A stretch of 64,000 nt of DNA, from NCBI RefSeq assembly GCF_009914755.1, contig NC_060945.1; one strand, 5' to 3'. Positions 54,301 to 64,000 of this stretch are shown piece by piece. Both the position numbers and the translations under genes were made by a program. Under the pieces are notes generated by a model. That model was not told the origin of the DNA. It did not search any database and saw only the letters and a list, made by a program, of their open reading frames with translations. Position 1 is the stretch's first letter. Each line of letters begins with the position of its first letter. This DNA comes from the human T2T-CHM13v2.0 reference genome, Homo sapiens.

Positions 54301-57300
54301 TATCCACTTGCATTTTCCACAAAAAGAGTGTTTCAAAACTGCTCTATCAATAGAAATGTTCAACTCCTTTGGCTGGGTACACACATCACAAACAAGTTTC
54401 TGAGAATGCTTCTGTCTAGTTTTTATGGGAAGACGTTCCCTTTTTCACCAAAGGCATCAAAGCGCTCCAAATGTCCACTTCCAGACACTACAAAAAGAGT
54501 GTTTCCAACGTGCTCTAAGAAAGCGAATGTTCAACTCTGTGACTTGAATGCAGATATCACAAAGTAGTTTCTGAGAGGGCTTCTGTCTAGATTTTAGATG
54601 ATGATATTCCCGTTTCCAACGAAATCATTAGAGCTATCCAAATATCCACTTACAGTTTCTACAAAAAGAGTGTTTCCAAACTGCTGCATCAAAAGAGAGG
54701 TTCCACTCTGTTAGCTGAGTACACACATCACAAACTTGTTTCTCAGAATCCTTCTGTCTCGTTTTTATGGGAAGATATTTACTTTTTCACCGTAGGCATC
54801 AAAGCGCTCCAAATGTCCACATCCAGATACTCCAGAAAGAGTGTTTCAAACCTGCTCTATGAAAGGGAATCTTCAACTCTATGAGTTGAATGCAGACATC
54901 AGAAAGAAATTTCTGAGAATGCTGCTGTCTACCTTTTATTTGAATTCCCGCTTCCAACGAAATCCTCCAAGCTATCCAAATATCCACTTGCAGATTCCAC
55001 AAAAAGAGTGTTTCAAAACTGCTCTCTATCAATGGCAAAGTTCAACTCTGTTAGTTGAGGACACATATCACCAACAAGTTTCTGAGAATGCTTCTGTCTA
55101 TTTTTTATGGGAAGATATTTCCTTTATCACCGTAGGCGTCAAGGCGATCGAAATGTCCACTTCCACAAACTACAAAAAGAGTGTTTCAAACCTGCTCTAT
55201 GAAAGGCCATGTTCATCTCTATGAGTTGAATGGAAATATCCGAAAGAAATTTCTGGGAATGCTGCTGTCTAGTGTTTATATGAATTCCCGCTTCCAACGA
55301 AATCCTCAAAGCAATCCAAATATCCACTTGCAGAATCCACAAAAAGAGTGTTTCAAAACCGCTCTATCAATAGAAAGGTTCAACTCTTTTAGTTGAGTAC
55401 ACACATCACGAACAAGTTTCTGAGAATGCTTCTGTCTGGCTTTTATTGGAAGACGTTTCCTTTTCACCAAAGGCATCAAAGCGCTCCAAATGTCCACTTC
55501 CAGATTCTTCCAAAAGAGTGTTTCAAACGTGCTCGAAGTAAGGGAATGTTCATCTCTGTGACTTGAATGCAGATATCACCAAGTAGTTTCTAATAGTGCT
55601 TCTGTCTAGATTTTAGATGATGATATTCCCGTTTCCAACGAAATCGTTAGATCTATCCAAATATCCAGTTACAGTTTCTACCAAAAGGGTGTTTCCAAAT
55701 TGCTGCATCAAAAGAAAGGTTCAACTCTGTTAGTTGAGGACACACATCACAAAGAAGTTTGTGAGAATGCTTCTGTCTAGATTTTGTATGATGATATTCC
55801 CTTTTCCAACGATATCGTTAAAGCAATCTAAATATCAATTTGCAGAATCCACAAAAATAGAGTTTCAAAGCTGCTCTGTAAAAAGAAAGGTTCCACTCTG
55901 TTAGCTGAGTACACACATCACAAACTTGTTTCTGAGAATCCTTCTGTCTCGTTTTTATGGGAAGATATTTACTTTTCCACCGTAGGCATCAAAGCGCTCC
56001 AAATGTCCACATCCAGATACTCCAGAAAGAGTGTTTCAAACCTGCTCTATGAAAGGGAATCTTCAACTCTATGAGTTGAATGCAGACATCAGAAAGAAAT
56101 TTCTGAGAATGCTGCTGTCTACCTTTTATTTGAATTCCCGCTTCCAACGAAATCCTCCAAGCTATCCAAATATCCACTTGCATTTTCCACAAAAAGAGTG
56201 TTTCAAAACTGCTCTATCAATAGAAATGTTCAACTCCTTTGGCTGGGTACACACATCACAAACAAGTTTCTGAGAATGCTTCTGTCTAGTTTTTATGGGA
56301 AGACGTTCCCTTTTTCACCAAAGGCATCAAAGCGCTCCAAATGTCCACTTCCAGACACTACAAAAAGAGTGTTTCCAACGTGCTCTAAGAAAGCGAATGT
56401 TCAACTCTGTGACTTGAATGCAGATATCACAAAGTAGTTTCTGAGAGGGCTTCTGTCTAGATTTTAGATGATGATATTCCCGTTTCCAACGAAATCATTA
56501 GAGCTATCCAAATATCCACTTACAGTTTCTACAAAAAGAGTGTTTCCAAACTGCTGCATCAAAAGAGAGGTTCCACTCTGTTAGCTGAGTACACACATCA
56601 CAAACTTGTTTCTCAGAATCCTTCTGTCTCGTTTTTATGGGAAGATATTTACTTTTTCACCGTAGGCATCAAAGCGCTCCAAATGTCCACATCCAGATAC
56701 TCCAGAAAGAGTGTTTCAAACCTGCTCTATGAAAGGGAATCTTCAACTCTATGAGTTGAATGCAGACATCAGAAAGAAATTTCTGAGAATGCTGCTGTCT
56801 ACCTTTTATTTGAATTCCCGCTTCCAACGAAATCCTCCAAGCTATCCAAATATCCACTTGCAGATTCCACAAAAAGAGTGTTTCAAAACTGCTCTCTATC
56901 AATGGCAAAGTTCAACTCTGTTAGTTGAGGACACATATCACCAACAAGTTTCTGAGAATGCTTCTGTCTATTTTTTATGGGAAGATATTTCCTTTTTCAC
57001 CGTAGGCGTCAAGGCGATCGAAATGTCCACTTCCACAAACTACAAAAAGAGTGTTTCAAACCTGCTCTATGAAAGGCCATGTTCATCTCTATGAGTTGAA
57101 TGGAAATATCCGAAAGAAATTTCTGGGAATGCTGCTGTCTAGTGTTTATACGAATTTCCGCTTCCAACGAAATCCTCAAAGCAATCCAAATATCCACTTG
57201 CAGAATCCACAAAAAGAGTGTTTCAAAACTGCTCTATCAATAGAAAGGTTCAACTCTTTTAGTTGAGTACACACATCACGAACAAGTTTCTGAGAATGCT

Positions 57301-60265
57301 TCTGTCTGGCTTTTATTGGAAGACGTTTCCTTTTCACCAAAGGCATCAAAGCGCTCCAAATGTCCACTTCCAGATTCTTCCAAAAGAGTGTTTCAAACGT
57401 GCTCAAAGTAAGGGAATGTTCAACTCTGTGACTTGAATGCAGATATCACCAAGTAGTTTCTAATAGTGCTTCTGTCTACATTTTAGATGATGATATTCCC
57501 GTTTCAAACGAAATCGTTAGAGCTATCCAAATATCCAGTTACAGTTTCTACCAAAAGGGTGTTTCCAAATTGCTGCATCAAAAGAAAGGTTCAACTCTGT
57601 TAGTTGAGGACACACATCACAAAGAAGTTTGTGAGAATGCTTCTGTCTAGATTTTGTATGACGATATTCCCTTTTCCAACGATATCGTTAAAGCAATCTA
57701 AATATCAATTTGCAGAATCCACAAAAATAGAGTTTCAAAGCTGCTCTGTAAAAAGAAAGGTTCCACTCTGTTAGCTGAGTACACACATCACAAACTTGTT
57801 TCTCAGAATCCTTCTGTCTCGTTTTTATGGGAAGATATTTACTTTTCCACCGTAGGCATCAAAGCGCTCCAAATGTCCACATCCAGATACTCCAGAAAGA
57901 GTGTTTCAAACCTGCTCTATGAAAGGGAATGTTCAACTCTATGAGTTGAATGCAGACATCAGAAAGAAATTTCTGAGAATGCTGCTGTCTACCTTTTATT
58001 TGAATTCCCGCTTCCAACGAAATCCTCCAAGCTATCCAAATATCCACTTGCATTTTCCACAAAAAGAGTGTTTCAAAACTGCTCTATCAATAGAAATGTT
58101 CAACTCCTTTGGCTGGGTACACACATCACAAACAAGTTTCTGAGAATGCTTCTGTCTAGTTTTTATGGGAAGACGTTCCCTTTTTCACCAAAGGCATCAA
58201 AGCGCTCCAAATGTCCACTTCAAGACACTACAAAAAGAGTGTTTCCAACGTGCTCTAAGAAAGCGAATGTTCAACTCTGTGACTTGAATGCAGATATCAC
58301 AAAGTAGTTTCTGAGAGGGCTTCTGTCTAGATTTTAGATGATGATATTCCCGTTTCCAACGAAATCATTAGAGCTATCCAAATATCCACTTACAGTTTCT
58401 ACAAAAAGAGTGTTTCCAAACTGCTGCATCAAAAGAGAGGTTCCACTCTGTTAGCTGAGTACACACATCACAAACTTGTTTCTCAGAATCCTTCTGTCTC
58501 GTTTTTATGGGAAGATATTTACTTTTTCACCGTAGGCATCAAAGCGCTCCAAATGTCCACATCCAGATACTCCAGAAAGAGTGTTTCAAACCTGCTCTAT
58601 GAAAGGGAATCTTCAACTCTATGAGTTGAATGCAGACATCAGAAAGAAATTTCTGAGAATGCTGCTGTCTACCTTTTATTTGAATTCCCGCTTCCAACGA
58701 AATCCTCCAAGCTATCCAAATATCCACTTGCAGATTCCACAAAAAGAGTGTTTCAAAACTGCTCTCTATCAATGGCAAAGTTCAACTCTGTTAGTTGAGG
58801 ACACATATCACCAACAAGTTTCTGAGAATGCTTCTGTCTATTTTTTATGGGAAGATATTTCCTTTTTCACCGTAGGCGTCAAGGCGATCGAAATGTCCAC
58901 TTCCACAAACTACAAAAAGAGTGTTTCAAACCTGCTCTATGAAAGGCCATGTTCATCTCTATGAGTTGAATGGAAATATCCGAAAGAAATTTCTGGGAAT
59001 GCTGCTGTCTAGTGTTTATACGAATTCCCACTTCCAACGAAATCCTCAAAGCAATCCAAATATCCACTTGCAGAATCCACAAAAAGAGTGTTTCAAAACT
59101 GCTCTATCAATAGAAAGGTTCAACTCTTTTAGTTGAGTACACACATCACGAACAAGTTTCTGAGAATGCTTCTGTCTGGCTTTTATTGGAAGACGTTTCC
59201 TTTTCACCAAAGGCATCAAAGCGCTCCAAATGTCCACTTCCAGATTCTTCCAAAAGAGTGTTTCAAACGTGCTCAAAGTAAGGGAATGTTCAACTCTGTG
59301 ACTTGAATGCAGATATCACCAAGTAGTTTCTAATAGTGCTTCTGTCTAGATTTTAGATGATGATATTCCCGTTTCCAACGAAATCGTTAGAGCTATCCAA
59401 ATATCCACTTACAGTTTCTACAAAAAGAGTGTTTCCAAACTGCTGCATCAAAAGAAAGGTTCAACTCTGTTAGTTGAGGACACACATCACAAAGAAGTTT
59501 GTGAGAATGCTTCTGTCTAGATTTTGTATGACGATATTCCCTTTTCCAACGATATCGTTAAAGCAATCTAAATATCAATTTGCAGAATCCACAAAAATAG
59601 TTTCAAAGCTGCTCTGTAAAAAGAAAGGTTCCACTCTGTTAGCTGAGTACACACATCACAAACTTGTTTCTCAGAATCCTTCTGTCTCGTTTTTATGGGA
59701 AGATATTTACTTTTCCACCGTAGGCATCAAAGCGCTCCAAATGTCCACATCCAGATACTCCAGAACGAGTGTTTCAAACCTGCTCTATGAAAGGGAATCT
59801 TCAACTCTATGAGTTGAATGCAGACATCAGAAAGAAATTTCTGAGAATGCTGCTGTCTACCTTTTATTTGAATTCCCGCTTCCAACGAAATCCTCCAAGC
59901 TATCCAAATATCCACTTGCATTTTCCACAAAAAGAGTGTTTCAAAACTGCTCTATCAATAGAAATGTTCAACTCCTTTGGCTGGGTACACACATCACAAA
60001 CAAGTTTCTGAGAATGCTTCTGTCTAGTTTTTATGGGAAGACGTTCCCTTTTTCACCAAAGGCATCAAAGCGCTCCAAATGTCCACTTCCAGACACTACA
60101 AAAAGAGTGTTTCCAACGTGCTCTAAGAAAGCGAATGTTCAACTCTGTGACTTGAATGCAGATATCACAAAGTAGTTTCTGAGAGGGCTTCTGTCTAGAT
60201 TTTAGATGATGATATTCCCGTTTCCAACGAAATCATTAGAGCTATCCAAATATCCACTTACAGTT
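45305..60265. repeat. Imperfect tandem duplication of a 4-HOR unit (~7480 bp); ends approximate
   Basis: Private variants at 45896, 47646, 47880, 48171, 49677, 50026, 50742, 51550 and 51928-51960 recur at +7480. Confidence 0.85.
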
Positions 60266-63200
60266 TCTACAAAAAGAGTGTTTCCAAACTGCTGCATCAA
60301 AAGAGAGGTTCCACTCTGTTAGCTGAGTACACACATCACAAACTTGTTTCTCAGAATCCTTCTGTCTCGTTTTTATGGGAAGATATTTACTTTTTCACCG
60401 TAGGCATCAAAGCGCTCCAAATGTCCACATCCAGATACTCCAGAAAGAGTGTTTCAAACCTGCTCTATGAAAGGGAATCTTCAACTCTATGAGTTGAATG
60501 CAGACATCAGAAAGAAATTTCTGAGAATGCTGCTGTCTACCTTTTATTTGAATTCCCGCTTCCAACGAAATCCTCCAAGCTATCCAAATATCCACTTGCA
60601 GATTCCACAAAAAGAGTGTTTCAAAACTGCTCTCTATCAATGGCAAAGTTCAACTCTGTTAGTTGAGGACACATATCACCAACAAGTTTCTGAGAATGCT
60701 TCTGTCTATTTTTTATGGGAAGATATTTCCTTTTTCACCGTAGGCGTCAAGGCGATCGAAATGTCCACTTCCACAAACTACAAAAAGAGTGTTTCAAACC
60801 TGCTCTATGAAAGGCCATGTTCATCTCTATGAGTTGAATGGAAATATCCGAAAGAAATTTCTGGGAATGCTGCTGTCTAGTGTTTATACGAATTTCCGCT
60901 TCCAACGAAATCCTCAAAGCAATCCAAATATCCACTTGCAGAATCCACAAAAAGAGTGTTTCAAAACTGCTCTATCAATAGAAAGGTTCAACTCTTTTAG
61001 TTGAGTACACACATCACGAACAAGTTTCTGAGAATGCTTCTGTCTGGCTTTTATTGGAAGACGTTTCCTTTTCACCAAAGGCATCAAAGCGCTCCAAATG
61101 TCCACTTCCAGATTCTTCCAAAAGAGTGTTTCAAACGTGCTCAAAGTAAGGGAATGTTCAACTCTGTGACTTGAATGCAGATATCACCAAGTAGTTTCTA
61201 ATAGTGCTTCTGTCTACATTTTAGATGATGATATTCCCGTTTCAAACGAAATCGTTAGAGCTATCCAAATATCCAGTTACAGTTTCTACCAAAAGGGTGT
61301 TTCCAAATTGCTGCATCAAAAGAAAGGTTCAACTCTGTTAGTTGAGGACACACATCACAAAGAAGTTTGTGAGAATGCTTCTGTCTAGATTTTGTATGAC
61401 GATATTCCCTTTTCCAACGATATCGTTAAAGCAATCTAAATATCAATTTGCAGAATCCACAAAAATAGAGTTTCAAAGCTGCTCTGTAAAAAGAAAGGTT
61501 CCACTCTGTTAGCTGAGTACACACATCACAAACTTGTTTCTCAGAATCCTTCTGTCTCGTTTTTATGGGAAGATATTTACTTTTCCACCGTAGGCATCAA
61601 AGCGCTCCAAATGTCCACATCCAGATACTCCAGAAAGAGTGTTTCAAACCTGCTCTATGAAAGGGAATCTTCAACTCTATGAGTTGAATGCAGACATCAG
61701 AAAGAAATTTCTGAGAATGCTGCTGTCTACCTTTTATTTGAATTCCCGCTTCCAACGAAATCCTCCAAGCTATCCAAATATCCACTTGCATTTTCCACAA
61801 AAAGAGTGTTTCAAAACTGCTCTATCAATAGAAATGTTCAACCCCTTTGGCTGGGTACACACATCACAAACAAGTTTCTGAGAATGCTTCTGTCTAGTTT
61901 TTATGGGAAGACGTTCCCTTTTTCACCAAAGGCATCAAAGCGCTCCAAATGTCCACTTCAAGACACTACAAAAAGAGTGTTTCCAACGTGCTCTAAGAAA
62001 GCGAATGTTCAACTCTGTGACTTGAATGCAGATATCACAAAGTAGTTTCTGAGAGGGCTTCTGTCTAGATTTTAGATGATGATATTCCCGTTTCCAACGA
62101 AATCATTAGAGCTATCCAAATATCCACTTACAGTTTCTACAAAAAGAGTGTTTCCAAACTGCTGCATCAAAAGAGAGGTTCCACTCTGTTAGCTGAGTAC
62201 ACACATCACAAACTTGTTTCTCAGAATCCTTCTGTCTCGTTTTTATGGGAAGATATTTACTTTTTCACCGTAGGCATCAAAGCGCTCCAAATGTCCACAT
62301 CCAGATACTCCAGAAAGAGTGTTTCAAACCTGCTCTATGAAAGGGAATCTTCAACTCTATGAGTTGAATGCAGACATCAGAAAGAAATTTCTGAGAATGC
62401 TGCTGTCTACCTTTTATTTGAATTCCCGCTTCCAACGAAATCCTCCAAGCTATCCAAATATCCACTTGCAGATTCCACAAAAAGAGTGTTTCAAAACTGC
62501 TCTCTATCAATGGCAAAGTTCAACTCTGTTAGTTGAGGACACATATCACCAACAAGTTTCTGAGAATGCTTCTGTCTATTTTTTATGGGAAGATATTTCC
62601 TTTTTCACCGTAGGCGTCAAGGCGATCGAAATGTCCACTTCCACAAACTACAAAAAGAGTGTTTCAAACCTGCTCTATGAAAGGCCATGTTCATCTCTAT
62701 GAGTTGAATGGAAATATCCGAAAGAAATTTCTGGGAATGCTGCTGTCTAGTGTTTATACGAATTCCCACTTCCAACGAAATCCTCAAAGCAATCCAAATA
62801 TCCACTTGCAGAATCCACAAAAAGAGTGTTTCAAAACTGCTCTATCAATAGAAAGGTTCAACTCTTTTAGTTGAGTACACACATCACGAACAAGTTTCTG
62901 AGAATGCTTCTGTCTGGCTTTTATTGGAAGACGTTTCCTTTTCACCAAAGGCATCAAAGCGCTCCAAATGTCCACTTCCAGATTCTTCCAAAAGAGTGTT
63001 TCAAACGTGCTCAAAGTAAGGGAATGTTCAACTCTGTGACTTGAATGCAGATATCACCAAGTAGTTTCTAATAGTGCTTCTGTCTAGATTTTAGATGATG
63101 ATATTCCCGTTTCCAACGAAATCGTTAGAGCTATCCAAATATCCACTTACAGTTTCTACAAAAAGAGTGTTTCCAAACTGCTGCATCAAAAGAAAGGTTC

Positions 63201-63563
63201 AACTCTGTTAGTTGAGGACACACATCACAAAGAAGTTTGTGAGAATGCTTCTGTCTAGATTTTGTATGACGATATTCCCTTTTCCAACGATATCGTTAAA
63301 GCAATCTAAATATCAATTTGCAGAATCCACAAAAATAGAGTTTCAAAGCTGCTCTGTAAAAAGAAAGGTTCCACTCTGTTAGCTGAGTACACACATCACA
63401 AACTTGTTTCTGAGAATCCTTCTGTCTCGTTTTTATGGGAAGATATTTACTTTTCCACCGTAGGCATCAAAGCGCTCCAAATGTCCACATCCAGATACTC
63501 CAGAACGAGTGTTTCAAACCTGCTCTATGAAAGGGAATCTTCAACTCTATGAGTTGAATGCAG
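56086..63563. repeat. Tandem duplication of a 2-HOR unit (~3738 bp); ends approximate
   Basis: Variants at 57157, 57506, 58222 and 59030 recur at 60895, 61244, 61960 and 62768. Confidence 0.85.
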
Positions 63564-64000
63564 ACATCAGAAAGAAATTTCTGAGAATGCTGCTGTCTAC
63601 CTTTTATTTGAATTCCCGCTTCCAACGAAATCCTCCAAGCTATCCAAATATCCACTTGCATTTTCCACAAAAAGAGTGTTTCAAAACTGCTCTATCAATA
63701 GAAATGTTCAACTCCTTTGGCTGGGTACACACATCACAAACAAGTTTCTGAGAATGCTTCTGTCTAGTTTTTATGGGAAGACGTTCGCTTTTTCACCAAA
63801 GGCATCAAAGCGCTCCAAATGTCCACTTCCAGACACTACAAAAAGAGTGTTTCCAACGTGCTCTAAGAAAGCGAATGTTCAACTCTGTGACTTGAATGCA
63901 GATATCACAAAGTAGTTTCTGAGAGGGCTTCTGTCTAGATTTTAGATGATGATATTCCCGTTTCCAACGAAATCATTAGAGCTATCCAAATATCCACTTA

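Larger units (their letters stand above)
1..64000 (-). repeat. Centromeric alpha-satellite HOR array, 11-mer of 1870 bp, ~34.2 copies, D13Z1/D21Z1-type (SF2)
   Basis: Sequence and ORF track recur every 1870 bp (113, 1983, 3853, ...), with ~170/340-bp sub-periodicity. EcoRI sites at 47, 727, 1067 and 1917 give 680/340/850-bp fragments. CENP-B boxes read TTCG..CGGG on the minus strand throughout. Alpha-satellite identity is near certain; the D13Z1/D21Z1 assignment is from recall of the known 11-mer, not from a database search. Confidence 0.97.

Noticed and set aside
113-63915. More than 200 short ORFs (63-127 aa) on both strands
   Set aside because: They are chance open frames in alpha satellite, repeated with the HOR period and overlapping on both strands. 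Many use non-ATG starts, none shows a recognisable domain, and single variants create or destroy them freely.
1-64000. CRISPR-like or repeat-spacer array, or a novel coding system
   Set aside because: The segments between recurring motifs are themselves repeated monomer sequence rather than unique spacers. There are no cas-like or other genes, and I saw no non-satellite segment.
1-64000. Transposon insertion (L1/Alu), inversion, or monomer-number variant HOR
   Set aside because: The period stays at 1867-1870 bp and the orientation is constant throughout. There are no poly-A tails or foreign sequence.

Overview
The whole 64 kb window is one uninterrupted, single-orientation array of primate centromeric alpha-satellite DNA: ~171-bp monomers arranged as an 11-monomer, 1870-bp higher-order repeat (HOR), about 34.2 copies. 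The EcoRI spacing of 680+340+850 bp, the dimeric A/B monomer pattern and five CENP-B boxes per unit match the human SF2 live array D13Z1/D21Z1 (alphaRI-680, alpha21-I). I cannot tell chr13 from chr21 by eye. I found no credible genes, RNA genes, transposon insertions or CRISPR arrays; the ORF track is a by-product of the repeat. I did not find a new biological system. What the window does show is a readable history of array turnover: a run of ~8 apparently identical HORs, a 3-HOR (5607-bp) tandem duplication with a mappable junction, a triplicated 1867-bp variant, nested 4-HOR and 2-HOR duplications, a multi-HOR block copied 26-32 kb away, recurrent loss of CENP-B boxes, and a probable short gene-conversion tract. 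All variants were read by eye and need confirming by alignment.
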